Assembly: GCA_036679645.1 (NCBI GenBank)
Contig: JAZDCY010000024.1
Coordinates: 1-33,753 of the forward strand
Length of the DNA stretch: 33,753 nucleotides
From: Gemmatimonadota bacterium
Lineage (GTDB): Bacteria > Gemmatimonadota > Gemmatimonadetes > Gemmatimonadales > GWC2-71-9
Reading direction: 5' to 3'
Of the stretch, positions 1 to 11,542 are shown piece after piece; the first letter of the stretch is position 1, and each line of letters begins with the position of its first letter. The position numbers and the translations under genes were made by a program. A model generated the notes under the pieces. It ran no database searches, was not told where the DNA came from, and saw only the letters and a program-made list of their open reading frames with translations.

Positions 1-28
1 CCTGATCGAGGGCCAAGACGGTAGGCAT
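1..28 (-). CDS. glpK: 5' end of a glycerol kinase/FGGY-family kinase (runs off the window)
   Basis: ATG at 28 (minus) reads MPTVLALDQ(G), the N-terminal phosphate-1 motif of FGGY kinases; only 9 codons are visible. Confidence 0.55.
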
Positions 29-108
29 GGAACCTAATATCTACAGGATGGGCGGAGTCGGCGATACGACGCGACCCCGCTTGCGGCTCACCGCTTGGCG
101 CGCACCCG

Positions 109-540
109 TCACCGTTCGACTTCGTAGATCATCAACGCAGGTGACGGCGGGTTCCGGGCTGCGAAGGCGTAGGTCGTCCCATCGATGACGCCCAGCGTTG
201 CGGTGTGCACCCCTTGGAGGATCTGGATCAACCCAATACGCTTGGGTCGTTCCGGATCGCGCACGTCATAGAGGTGCAACCCCGCATCGAGACCGTCCTC
301 GGCGGACACAAGGAGGGCCGTTCCGTCGGCGGTGACCTGAAGATCGGCCACCGTCCCGATGTCGTCGATGCCAAACCCACGCACCCTGCTGGGCCGGCCC
401 TGGAGATCCAGACGCCATATGTTGATGACGTTGCCGTCGTTCGCGCCGCGCGTGCCCCACGTCCCGGTGTAGGCATACCGATCCGTTACCCAGAGATCGG
501 AGAAGAACCGTTCGGTCCCCTCACCGGTCCCACCCGACAC
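109..540 (-). CDS. LVIVD-repeat/beta-propeller-like protein, probably a fragment
   Basis: SDLWVTDRYAYTGTW, VADLQVTADG, GLHLYDVRDPERP and GVHTA resemble LVIVD-repeat proteins; short (143 aa), start uncertain. Confidence 0.5.
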   Translation of the reverse strand: MSGGTGEGTERFFSDLWVTDRYAYTGTWGTRGANDGNVINIWRLDLQGRPSRVRGFGIDDIGTVADLQVTADGTALLVSAEDGLDAGLHLYDVRDPERPKRIGLIQILQGVHTATLGVIDGTTYAFAARNPPSPALMIYEVER

Positions 541-690
541 CCGGACAAACTCGGTACCCGTGAAGGTCAGGTGTTGGGTCGGGCATTACGAGCTGGGGAT
601 GGGTCAGTAGGGGTAGCGCGGATCACGCCGGTGATGCCAAGTCTGAGCGGCGACCGAAGAACCGCAATCCCATTGGCCGCGAGGGAAAAA

Positions 691-972
691 CTACGAATCG
701 ACTTGAACGCCCTTCCAGAAGGCAACGTGTCCCTTGATTTGCCGAGCGGCGGCATTGGGTTCGGCGTAGTACCACGCGGCTGCCTGGTTGACCTCGCCGT
801 TCACAGTCACGTCGTAATAGCTGGCCATGCCTTTCCACGGGCAAACCGACCGCCGGTCACTCTCGGCGAAGTACTCCCTGTTGAGCGAGTCCGGCGGAAA
901 GTAGTGATTGCCCTCCACCTCCACCGTCTCGTCGCTGTCGGCGAGCGTGACGCCGTTCCAGATCGCTTTCAC
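691..972 (-). CDS. DUF427 domain protein
   Basis: MKAIWNG...VEGNHYFPPDS...CPWKG.ASYY...AAWYY signature. Confidence 0.92.
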   Translation of the reverse strand: MKAIWNGVTLADSDETVEVEGNHYFPPDSLNREYFAESDRRSVCPWKGMASYYDVTVNGEVNQAAAWYYAEPNAAARQIKGHVAFWKGVQVDS

Positions 973-985
973 GGCTGTCTCGCGC

Positions 986-2119
986 TCACGAAACCTGCTT
1001 CGCGAGTTCGTCGAGTGACTCCGAGCGACGCATCAGACCGAGAAGATCGCCCATGGCGTCGATTGGGGTTTGGCGCGCCAGGCGCGACCGCAACGCATGT
1101 GAAACCCGCAACTCCTCATCGGTGAACAACAACTCTTCGCGCCGCGTGGAGCTGGCGTTCACGTCGATGGCCGGGAAAATCCGGCGGTCCGCCAATTCGC
1201 GGCTCAGCACCAACTCGCTGTTGCCCGTCCCCTTGAACTCCTCGAAGATCACCGTGTCCATGCGCGAGCCGGTATCGATCAACGCGGTGCCGATAATGGT
1301 AAGCGATCCGTCGCCTTTGGCGGGATCGATATTGCGGGCACTACCGAGAAACCGCTTTGGCTCTTCCATCGCTGATGCATCGAGCCCACCGGTCAGCGTG
1401 CGGCCGGTTCCCTGCACCACGGTGTTGTACGCGCGTGCGAGCCGCGTGATCGAGTCGAGAATGATCACTACGTCCTGCCCCATCTCGACCCGCCGGCGTG
1501 CCCGCTCCAGCGTCAGTTCCGCAATCCCGATATGTCGCTCGGCGGGGTAATCAAAGCTCGACGCAACAACCTCGCCGAACCCACAGATCTCCATCTCGGT
1601 GACCTCTTCGGGCCGCTCGTCAACGAGCAGAATAAACAAGGTCATATCGGGGTGGTTCTTGACGACGCCCTCGGCAATGGCCTGCAGGATCATCGTCTTG
1701 CCCGCCCTTGACGGCGACACGATCATCGCTCGCTGACCTTTCCCCATGGGACAGAGCAGATCGATGATGCGGTTCGTGGGATCCGGTTGTCCACGACGTG
1801 TCAGGCCACACGCCAGATGCAACGGCTCCCGCGGGTGCGTCGCGCCCAGCTTCGTGAACTCGGGCCGCCCGTTGCACGCTTCGGGAGCTTGGCCATTGAT
1901 CGAGGTGACATTGCGCAAGCTGGCACTCCGCCCCCGCCCGGGTGGTTTGCCGTACTCGCCCGCGATCTCGTCACCGGTCCGAAGCCCGAGGCGCTGAATC
2001 AGCTTCTGGCCGACGTGGATGTCTTTCTTCGAGGGGACGTAGCCCGACTGCCGGCGGCGGATGAATCCTGCGCCTTTGCCGGTGAACTCGAGCACACCGA
2101 GAGGTTCAAACTCAGTCAC
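986..2119 (-). CDS. rho: Transcription termination factor Rho (compact, divergent copy)
   Basis: GKGQRAMIVSPSRAGKT, LLVDERPEEVT, LDSITRLARAYN, TGSRMD.VIFEEFKGTGNSE and RRIFPAID motifs. Confidence 0.93.
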   Translation of the reverse strand: MTEFEPLGVLEFTGKGAGFIRRRQSGYVPSKKDIHVGQKLIQRLGLRTGDEIAGEYGKPPGRGRSASLRNVTSINGQAPEACNGRPEFTKLGATHPREPLHLACGLTRRGQPDPTNRIIDLLCPMGKGQRAMIVSPSRAGKTMILQAIAEGVVKNHPDMTLFILLVDERPEEVTEMEICGFGEVVASSFDYPAERHIGIAELTLERARRRVEMGQDVVIILDSITRLARAYNTVVQGTGRTLTGGLDASAMEEPKRFLGSARNIDPAKGDGSLTIIGTALIDTGSRMDTVIFEEFKGTGNSELVLSRELADRRIFPAIDVNASSTRREELLFTDEELRVSHALRSRLARQTPIDAMGDLLGLMRRSESLDELAKQVS

Positions 2120-2245
2120 ATTCCGTTGTACTTATCGATTGGGGTCTCAACGCTCCAGCCGTCGGCGGGACGTGCGATGTCCCAATTATACACGGAACCC
2201 CGCCCCCCGCCCACCCCACGCCGCTCACATCGCAGCCGCGCGCTC

Positions 2246-2545
2246 TCACAGCCACCCTGGATTGGATACCGTCCGATCGCTCTGGACGTTCCCGGTGTTG
2301 AGAGTCCCCGCAGGCTCGAACAGTGGAATGTGTGCCTCGCCCACGGGCACGGTCGGCCCGTGCTCCACCCCGCGCGGCACGATGGCAAGGTCTCCTTCAG
2401 CTAGGTCGAGGAAGTTCGTCTTCGTTGGCATGATGATGGAACTCGAAGGCCCCGGCGATCTTGGCGAGCTTGACATGCTGGCCGTTCAGCGCGCCGACGA
2501 TGCGGGGATGCCAATGGTCGGAAAACCGGGCAAAGGCCTGGGCAC
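2246..2545 (-). pseudogene. Cupin-domain protein with an internal deletion/frameshift
   Basis: One frame reads FARFSDHWHPRIVGALNGQHVKLAKIAGAFEFHHHANEDEL then stops; another continues GDLAIVPRGVEH...LFEPAGTLNTGN; no clear start codon. Confidence 0.75.
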
Positions 2546-2559
2546 CGCGCACCGCGCAC

Positions 2560-3465
2560 CTACTCGATACTGAGTTGTTCGACGAGCCATCGCGTCAGAT
2601 CTCGCTCATCCACGATCGACCACGAGTGCGGGTTACGGGAGCCGTCCGGACGCACGCCTCGCCCGGTCGTCGTAATCAACTCGGCCTGGTCGTTGCCACC
2701 CAGCAGGAGCCGATTCACCATCCCAGCCGCATCGAACGCGTTCACGTTGTAGAAATCAAAGCGGCGCTCGACAACCCAATACTCGATGTCGGGCTCCGTG
2801 TAAAGACGTATCGGTATCTCGAGCAGGAGCCGCGCGTTGCCACCATCGACAGCGAAATAGGAAAACGGTGAACGCCCCGCATACGAGGCCCGGTAGTCCT
2901 GCGGTGGTCCCCCGAGGTTCGAGACCAGGTGATCCAGGATCCACTGCGTTTCGCGCAGGTTGCTGCCTTCCCAGCCGCGACGTAGCACCGCGGCGGACGA
3001 TCGCCACAGCCGTTCCATATCGAGTGGCGCATCGACCGCAAACAACGCCCGCGGTGCCAGCGCCGCATCGCATAGCTCTAGCACACAGTGCTGGGCATAC
3101 CGCACCGCACCCGTTCCGCCCAGCGAGATGCCACCCACCGCGACCCGTCCGGGGGCGTGCGTTCGGCTGCGTGCATCGGCCAGCACCGCCTCGAGATGCT
3201 CGAGCGAGGGCCTCGTCAGGTACATCGATTCGAGATCTACGGTCGGTGCAACGGCGGCAAAGCCCCGGGCTGCCAACAACCGCGGTAGCAACGCGTCGTC
3301 TGGCAGTCCGAGAAGCAGCACGAGTCCCCGCGTATCTCCAGCCGGGACCATGAGCGTGTAGGACGTGCCGTCTGCCGCTCGCGCGGTTTCCCAATTCCCC
3401 GACGGCGCCGTTCCGCACGCGCCCAGCACGAGACTCGTCGCGCACAGGGCCCAGCTATACCGCAT
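2560..3465 (-). CDS. Alpha/beta-hydrolase-fold putative lipoprotein
   Basis: ATG at 3465 overlaps the LOG 3' end; lipobox-like LGAC; nucleophile elbow GISLG; C-terminal NPHSW. Confidence 0.7.
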   Translation of the reverse strand: MRYSWALCATSLVLGACGTAPSGNWETARAADGTSYTLMVPAGDTRGLVLLLGLPDDALLPRLLAARGFAAVAPTVDLESMYLTRPSLEHLEAVLADARSRTHAPGRVAVGGISLGGTGAVRYAQHCVLELCDAALAPRALFAVDAPLDMERLWRSSAAVLRRGWEGSNLRETQWILDHLVSNLGGPPQDYRASYAGRSPFSYFAVDGGNARLLLEIPIRLYTEPDIEYWVVERRFDFYNVNAFDAAGMVNRLLLGGNDQAELITTTGRGVRPDGSRNPHSWSIVDERDLTRWLVEQLSIE

Positions 3466-4036
3466 CGAGATCCATCCACTTCGGGACGTGGGGGACGCTG
3501 TGGAGCTGGAGTCGCTCGAGCAGCAGCGGTCCGCGATCCGCCACCACCACGAGTTCCCGGTGCGTCGGATTGACGAATCGCTCGCGCACGGCGTGATCGA
3601 GCATGGCGATGAGGGGATCGAAGAAGCCTGCCACGTTGAGCACGCCCACCGGCTTGTCGTGCAGACCCAGTTGTGCCCACGACATGACCTCGAAGAGCTC
3701 ATCCAGGGTGCCATACCCTCCCGGGAGCGCCACGAACCCGTCGGCAAGCTCGGTCATGCGCGCTTTGCGCTCGTGCATGGTCTCTACCGTGTGCAGCTTT
3801 GTCAGCGCGGTGTGCGCGAGCTCCCGCTCCGCCAACTGCCTGGGAATGACGCCGACCACGGTGCCGCCGGCGAGCAGCGCCGCGTCGGCCACCTGACCCA
3901 TCAGCCCGACGCTCGCACCGCCATAGACCAGTCGAAGCCCTCGCTGGGCGAGCAGCGTACCAAACTCCCGTGCCGCCGCGGCAAAGACCGGTCGGGCACC
4001 GGAACTCGATCCACAAAAGACACAGATGCTGGGCAT
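3455..4036 (-). CDS. LOG-family nucleotide phosphoribohydrolase (TIGR00730-like)
   Basis: ICVFCGSS, LVYGG..VGLMG, MHERK and ALPGGYGTLDE motifs; ATG at 4036. Confidence 0.93.
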   Translation of the reverse strand: MPSICVFCGSSSGARPVFAAAAREFGTLLAQRGLRLVYGGASVGLMGQVADAALLAGGTVVGVIPRQLAERELAHTALTKLHTVETMHERKARMTELADGFVALPGGYGTLDELFEVMSWAQLGLHDKPVGVLNVAGFFDPLIAMLDHAVRERFVNPTHRELVVVADRGPLLLERLQLHSVPHVPKWMDLDAV

Positions 4037-4174
4037 GGTGTTCCCGCGGAGGCTAGCCCCGCGGGCGCCCGAACGCCATGTGTGAATCCACCGGTGGCGT
4101 GGCGAGTATATTCTCTGGCACGACGCACGTACCGCTTCACCCATGAGCGCGAGCGCTCGACCGGATACCACCAC

Positions 4175-4633
4175 ATGCAGAGAGAGCCGTTTGCCGTTAC
4201 CAGGGCCGCCGTACACCTCGCCGTCTCCACCGACGGTGAGGCGGTGACCGCCATCGAGCTGGGGAGACGGGTCACGCGACCACCCGCAGGGTCGCTCGAG
4301 CGCGCCGTTGCGCGCGAACTGCACGAGTACCTGGAGGGCCGGCGTCGGCAGTTCACGTTTGCCGTTCGGCCGCAGGGCACGACTTTCCAACGGCGGGTCT
4401 GGCGCGCACTCGAGACCATTCCTTACGGCGCGACCAGGACGTACGGAGACATTGCCCGCGCGGTGGGCGCTCCCAGAGCAGCCCGGGCCGTGGGCCAGGC
4501 GAACCACCGCAACCCCATACCCATTGTGATTCCTTGTCACCGGGTCGTCGCGGCTGGGGGAAAACTCGGTGGTTACGGCGGTGGCCTCGCGCTGAAACGT
4601 CGGCTTCTCGCACTCGAAGGAGAGCGGCCATGA
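4175..4633 (+). CDS. ogt: Methylated-DNA--protein-cysteine S-methyltransferase
   Basis: GT.FQ..VW, IPYG.TRTY, RAVGQAN..NP and active-site PCHRV. Confidence 0.93.
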   Translation: MQREPFAVTRAAVHLAVSTDGEAVTAIELGRRVTRPPAGSLERAVARELHEYLEGRRRQFTFAVRPQGTTFQRRVWRALETIPYGATRTYGDIARAVGAPRAARAVGQANHRNPIPIVIPCHRVVAAGGKLGGYGGGLALKRRLLALEGERP

Positions 4634-5064
4634 GCCGAACCCTTCTCTCAATGTCGAGCGTGTCAGCGATCCTGACTGTGCTGGTTTCTCTCACCGCTTC
4701 CTGCTCTCCCGAGCGGCTCCGGCCCGGCCCGCCGTCGATTTCCATCGAAGTGCCGCCGGGCAGCACCATAGAAAGCCCCGACACCGTCCTGATCCGTGTC
4801 ACCGTCACGGATCCCAACGGCTTGTCCTCGGTAGAGGTGAGCTTCGTCGGTGTGACCGAGCAGATCGATGTCTCCACGGCCGAGGTCGAGGTCACCGGCA
4901 TCTTCGCGTGGCCCATTCCCGCAGGTCTTGATCCGGGAACGGTGCTGACCATTGCCGTGCGGGCTGTCGATCTCACCGGGGCGGCGACGGTACGGCAGGC
5001 AACTGTCACGGTCGTGTCACCCGCTCTGCTCCAGTCGGGCGATGCGTTGACCGGGAGTACGTAA
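4630..5064 (+). CDS. Putative lipoprotein with an Ig-like beta-rich domain
   Basis: ATGA overlap with the ogt stop; hydrophobic N-terminus ending TASC; alternating beta-strand pattern. Confidence 0.6.
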   Translation: MSRTLLSMSSVSAILTVLVSLTASCSPERLRPGPPSISIEVPPGSTIESPDTVLIRVTVTDPNGLSSVEVSFVGVTEQIDVSTAEVEVTGIFAWPIPAGLDPGTVLTIAVRAVDLTGAATVRQATVTVVSPALLQSGDALTGST

Positions 5065-5158
5065 ACGGCTATTTTTCAATATGCTGCAAGGTTTTTTCGC
5101 GGCGCGGCCGCGGCACGCTTCGACGCGTTCCGTGGCCATTTTTCTGTAGTCACGCCAC

Positions 5159-6208
5159 ATGACGCTTCGGCAGCTGACTGTCCGGGACTACCGAAACCTC
5201 GCCGCATTGGACCTCGAGTTTCCAGCGCGCGGCGTCGTGATCATTGGCGAAAACGGGCAGGGCAAGACGAACCTGCTCGAGGCGATTTACTACCTGGTGC
5301 TGTTTCGCTCGTTCCGGGGAGCGCCCGACAGGGAGTTGGTGCGGTTCGGCCAAGCTGGGTTCTTTGTCGCCGGTGAGGCAGACGAGCGCGTCACGGCGGG
5401 CTTCGATCTGCGCGCCCGGCGCAAGAAGGTGACGGTAGCGCGCAAGGAAATACGGCAGCTGGCCCTTGCGGTAGGTCGGATAACCGCGGTCGTGCTCTCG
5501 CCCGCGGATCGCGAGCTGGTCGCGGGTGGTCCGGGGGGGCGACGTCGCTACCTCGACGTGCTCTTGGCGCTTACAGAGCCCGGCTACCTCGCGGCGCTGC
5601 GCGACATGCGCGCGGCATTGAAGCAGCGGAATGCGGCACTGCGCCGCGGAGAGCCGGACACGGCCTGGGCATTCGACCGCCCGTTCTGCGTTGCGGCCGC
5701 GACGGTGGTGGCCCGTCGGACGACGTGGGTCGCGACCAATGCCCCACGGTTCACGGAGCTGAGCGCCGCGTTGGGTGAGCAAGTTCCGGCCGACGTTGCC
5801 TACCGGCCGAACAGTACCGATGTCGCTGACACTCTCGCGGGCGCGCGCGATCGCGATCTGCGGCGGGGCACCACAACGGTCGGCCCGCATCGGGACGATC
5901 TCGTGCTCGCCCTGGGCGGGAAGGACACGCGCCATTTCGGATCGGCGGGACAGCAGCGGACCGCGGCAATCGCCTTACGTCTGCTCGAGGCGGAGTCGCT
6001 CCGTGCAGCGCACGGGACCGCACCGATCGCCTTGTTCGATGACGTGTTTGCCGAGTTGGACGCGACCAGACAGGAGCGCTTGCTCGGATTGATCGCCGAG
6101 ACCATGCCGGGACAGGCGATCGTGACAGCCCCGCGCGAAGCGGAGGTACCGCAGCCACTGCTCGACCGGCCGCGCTGGGAGATGACGGGAGGGACAATTG
6201 GCCACTGA
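5159..6208 (+). CDS. recF: DNA replication/repair protein RecF
   Basis: YRNL, GENGQGKTNLLEAI, GPHRDDL, S.GQQRT and LFDDVFAELD motifs. Confidence 0.96.
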   Translation: MTLRQLTVRDYRNLAALDLEFPARGVVIIGENGQGKTNLLEAIYYLVLFRSFRGAPDRELVRFGQAGFFVAGEADERVTAGFDLRARRKKVTVARKEIRQLALAVGRITAVVLSPADRELVAGGPGGRRRYLDVLLALTEPGYLAALRDMRAALKQRNAALRRGEPDTAWAFDRPFCVAAATVVARRTTWVATNAPRFTELSAALGEQVPADVAYRPNSTDVADTLAGARDRDLRRGTTTVGPHRDDLVLALGGKDTRHFGSAGQQRTAAIALRLLEAESLRAAHGTAPIALFDDVFAELDATRQERLLGLIAETMPGQAIVTAPREAEVPQPLLDRPRWEMTGGTIGH

Positions 6209-6491
6209 GGGAGCGACCGGTATCCGGGAAGTGCTCAACCGGTACCTGCGGCGCACCGGTCTCAGGACCCACTTGGACCGTGCGAGCGTCGTGGACGAGT
6301 GGCCTACGCTCGTCGGCACCCAGATCGCGGGTGCCACGACTCCCGAAGGAGTGACCGCAGATGGCGTGCTCTTCGTACGGGTACGCTCAGCCGCATGGCT
6401 GCAGGAACTGCAGATGATGTCGCCGGAGATTCTGCGCAAGCTTGGGACACACAAGAAGAAGATCAGACGCATCGTGTGGCGCTTGGGATGA
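6198..6491 (+). CDS. DUF721 / DciA-family protein
   Basis: W..LVG.QIA..T.P...L.VRV.SAAW.QEL pattern; conserved position between recF and gyrB. Confidence 0.85.
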   Translation: MATEGATGIREVLNRYLRRTGLRTHLDRASVVDEWPTLVGTQIAGATTPEGVTADGVLFVRVRSAAWLQELQMMSPEILRKLGTHKKKIRRIVWRLG

Positions 6492-6508
6492 GCTGGTACG
6501 GCTACTGA

Positions 6509-8449
<1,941 letters not shown>

Positions 8450-8517
8450 CGGACCAGCCAAAGCAGGAACCCTTTGTCCCTCACAGTCATGCCCTCCTGT
8501 GGAACACCGACTGGCGT

Positions 8518-8553
8518 TACTTTGTATTATAAAGTACTTTGTGTTCTCAAGTT
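8518..8553. promoter_or_regulatory. Tandem palindromic operator (TACTTT-N7-AAAGTA) upstream of the DUF4173 gene
   Basis: TACTTTGTATTATAAAGTA (8518-8536) overlaps TACTTTGTGTTCTCAAGTT (8535-8553); the same motif occurs at 31197-31215. Confidence 0.6.
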
Positions 8554-8570
8554 TACACGGAGAAGGTGTC

Positions 8571-10019
8571 GTGCGCACGCAAGCGACGATCCTGGCAGCG
8601 GGTTTTCTCATTGGCGTCCTGGGAGACGTCCTTTTCCACGGCGTGACGCTGGGCCTGAACGTGCCTCTATGGCTTGGCGCGCTCCTGCTGGCCGGCTGGT
8701 CGTTGCGGCGTGGTGGCCCTGACGGGAATACCGTTCTGCCATGGCTGTTCGGCCTCGCCCTCGTTTTCGCCGGATTCCTGGCGTGGCGGGCTTCCCCGTT
8801 TCTCCAATTCTGGAACGGCGCCGCAGCCTTGGGGACGGCGGTGTTGATCACCGTGCGGCTGCGCCGACGGATCGCCGGAGCATGGCCAAGCGACTACGTC
8901 CGGGGTGCGGTCGATCTCGTGGTCCATCTCGCCGGCGGGGTTGGGGCCGCTGCGGGAAAACTGCGTTGGCCCGGCGGGCGTCCCGAGGCGTCCGCCTCGC
9001 GGGCGCGGGCGGTCGGAATCGGTATCGCACTAGCGGTGCCGGTCGTCTTCGTCTTCGGCGCCCTGCTCACGTCGGCGGACCCGGTGCTGGAGGCGTTCGT
9101 CACCGATCTGTTCGACTGGGATCTCGGCCTCGAAATCGTCCTCGAGCATCTGCTGTTGGTGCTCCTGCTGAGCTGGATCGCCGTGGGGTGGTTTCGGTCC
9201 GTGACGACGCAGCGGACCCAGTCGCACGACTCGCCGCTCGCGCCGCCGCGTACATTCGCGTGGATCGAGATCGCCATCCCACTCGGTGCGCTCACCCTGC
9301 TGCTCGCGGCCTTCATTGGCGTTCAGGCACGGTACCTGTTTGGCGGTGAGACGATCGTCCAGTCCACCGGCCTCACCTACGCGACGTTCGCGCGGCGCGG
9401 GTTCTTCGAGCTGGTGTTCGTGAGCGCGTTGGTGGTCCCTTTGCTATACATCGCCCAGTGGGTGCTCGACCGGGGCACCCGCCGCTCGGTGGAGAGCTTT
9501 CGCGCACTGGTCCTCGTCTTGTCGGTCCTCATCGGCCTGGTGATGCTCTCCGCACTTGGACGTATGCGACTGTACGTCGCGGCGTACGGCCTGACGGAGG
9601 ATCGGCTCTACGCGACCGCGTTCATGGTCTGGATTGGGTGGGTACTCGCGTGGTTCGTCGCGACAGAGCTGCGCGGGCAGCCGAGTCGGTTCGCGACTGG
9701 GTCGTTGCTGGCGGGATTCGTCGTGCTGGCAGCGCTCAACGTCTTGAATCCGGATGCGTTCATCGCCCGGACGAACATCGCCCGCGCCCAATCGGGGACG
9801 GAGTTCGACGCGGAATATCTCGGACGGTTGAGCGCAGATGTGGTGCCGGCGGTCGTAGCGGCGTGGTCCGACCTGGATGTCCATGCGCGCTGCGTGCTAC
9901 GACGCAGCCTGATCGCGCGGGCGCAGCAGGTCGAGGACTGGCGCGAGTGGACCTGGGCGGCAGCCGTCGCCGTGCGGGCAGCGGGCCGGCTGCCGATCGA
10001 AGTGTGTCCGGCGCCGTGA
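8571..10019 (+). CDS. DUF4173/DUF4153 multi-pass membrane protein
   Basis: Many transmembrane segments; LLTSADP, TYATFARRGFFEL, RMRLYV.AYGLT..R and YL..LSAD motifs; GTG start after GGAGAAGG. Confidence 0.85.
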   Translation: MRTQATILAAGFLIGVLGDVLFHGVTLGLNVPLWLGALLLAGWSLRRGGPDGNTVLPWLFGLALVFAGFLAWRASPFLQFWNGAAALGTAVLITVRLRRRIAGAWPSDYVRGAVDLVVHLAGGVGAAAGKLRWPGGRPEASASRARAVGIGIALAVPVVFVFGALLTSADPVLEAFVTDLFDWDLGLEIVLEHLLLVLLLSWIAVGWFRSVTTQRTQSHDSPLAPPRTFAWIEIAIPLGALTLLLAAFIGVQARYLFGGETIVQSTGLTYATFARRGFFELVFVSALVVPLLYIAQWVLDRGTRRSVESFRALVLVLSVLIGLVMLSALGRMRLYVAAYGLTEDRLYATAFMVWIGWVLAWFVATELRGQPSRFATGSLLAGFVVLAALNVLNPDAFIARTNIARAQSGTEFDAEYLGRLSADVVPAVVAAWSDLDVHARCVLRRSLIARAQQVEDWREWTWAAAVAVRAAGRLPIEVCPAP

Positions 10020-10084
10020 TCCCTCCTCCGGGGCCGCCACATGCGATGCCGTTGTCAACGCGGCGTCAACAACCATAACCATCA

Positions 10085-11158
10085 TCACTCCACCCGCACC
10101 CACCGCGCCGCTCGCCCCGCTCCAGTGCGCGTCACGCGGCCCTCCCGTTTGAGCTGTTGCACCACGCGCCGGACGCGTGCGACCGGCGTGTCGGGGAACC
10201 GCCGCATCAGGTCGGCCATGGCAAACGGTGACGGCAGGTCCCGTAGCGCCGCATCTCGAATGCGTTGGTCGAGGCCGGGCGCGCGTGGACTGCTATCGTA
10301 GCGCGCCGCGACCTCGAGGTGGAGCTGTGCTGCCGGGGCGCTCCGCTCGGCCGCGACCGCCGAGAAGAACCGCTGCGCCCAGAGGTTGGCTAGCTTGCGG
10401 TTGCCCGCGAAGATGATCGGCAGGCCGGGGTGCAGGACCGTGATCTCGGCGAGCACGCGAGACAGGTGGTCCACGGGCCAGCGCCCTTTGACGCGGGCGG
10501 GATCGAGGAAGTCGGCGTACTGTGCCTCGATCACCAGCGCCGCGGCTCCGAAACTCGCGAGATCGGCGAGTTGCTGGTGCAGCGCCTGCATCGCGCCGAC
10601 ATCGCTGAGCAGGTTGTCGAAGCTCTTGCGTTCCACGACGGCCACCACGTGGTCGTCCTCCAGCAGGGCGTAGTCGCCCGCGGCGAGCTTCGTGCGCGTG
10701 ACCGTGGCGTCGGGGAATCGCCACGGATAGCGCTCCGCGCTGTCGATCGCGATGTGCAGCGCGGCGGTTGTGGTCGCCTTGAGTTCGAGCCGCGTGCGTG
10801 AGCGGTGGGCGCGGATGCCCGTTTCGGTGCGGAAGAAGATCTGCTCGTACGTGCCCGCGCCGTCCTTGCGCTCCTTCTGCACAACCAGGAACTCGCACCG
10901 CTTGCGGTTGGGTCGGTCGAGCACGACCGCGAGCTTGCGGCCCACGCGCGTGATGTGCGCCACCGGTACGCGCTCGACGGGCTCGAGCGGATCCGTGTGA
11001 TCCAGCTCGTGCTCCCGCAGGCAGAATATCTGCTGTCCGGGACCGGGCCACGCGGCCTGCGCGCGAAAGGCCGCGATCAGGCGTCCGTCCTGCTCGATCG
11101 CAATGCGGAACGGGAAGCGACGGTTGAGAGTGCGCTCGACGGTCCAGATCGCGGTCAT
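10085..11158 (-). CDS. Stand-alone ERCC4/XPF-like nuclease domain protein with a C-terminal wHTH-like tail
   Basis: IDSAERYPW, L.AGDY and VERKSFD(N) match the ERKxxxD nuclease motif; AALVIE. Confidence 0.8.
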   Translation of the reverse strand: MTAIWTVERTLNRRFPFRIAIEQDGRLIAAFRAQAAWPGPGQQIFCLREHELDHTDPLEPVERVPVAHITRVGRKLAVVLDRPNRKRCEFLVVQKERKDGAGTYEQIFFRTETGIRAHRSRTRLELKATTTAALHIAIDSAERYPWRFPDATVTRTKLAAGDYALLEDDHVVAVVERKSFDNLLSDVGAMQALHQQLADLASFGAAALVIEAQYADFLDPARVKGRWPVDHLSRVLAEITVLHPGLPIIFAGNRKLANLWAQRFFSAVAAERSAPAAQLHLEVAARYDSSPRAPGLDQRIRDAALRDLPSPFAMADLMRRFPDTPVARVRRVVQQLKREGRVTRTGAGRAARWVRVE

Positions 11159-11187
11159 GGGCGCTCCGCCGGTGAAGCCGAGGGATA

Positions 11188-11227
11188 CGACAATTTCAGT
11201 GCGTCAGATTGCGGATCGCGCTACTGG
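11188..11227. repeat. Boundary motif P, copy 1 (upstream of the ERCC4 gene)
   Basis: cgacaatttcagtgcgtcagattgcggatcgcgctactgg; 30/40 identical to 16054-16093 and 21/30 to 18521-18550 by manual alignment. Confidence 0.6.
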
Positions 11228-11294
11228 CGACGGTCTCGATCTACCGCACGAAGATAGCGCGACGACCGGGGAGGATGATGCGCGCGATGGTGGG

Positions 11295-11540
11295 TCAGGT
11301 CGTCACGCGCACGGCGCCGTGCAGAAACTCGGGAGCGATGTCAGCACCGTTCGGCCAGACCAGCGTGCCGCATGTCGGATCAATCGTGAAGGTGCGGAAG
11401 TAGTCCGGATCGTGGAGCGGCTCGAATACCGGTCCCCGCAACACGGGACGGAGATCGACTTCTCCCTTAGTGCCATCGCGGAAGCGCAGCCAGACAGTAT
11501 GGCCAGCGACGTATTTCGCTTCAAGTACGTGGTAATCCAT
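11295..11540 (-). CDS. DUF2442 protein (putative antitoxin), copy 1
   Basis: LRFRDGT.GEVDL, GPVFEPL and TLVWPNGADIAPEFL. Confidence 0.9.
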   Translation of the reverse strand: MDYHVLEAKYVAGHTVWLRFRDGTKGEVDLRPVLRGPVFEPLHDPDYFRTFTIDPTCGTLVWPNGADIAPEFLHGAVRVTT

Positions 11541-11542
11541 TC

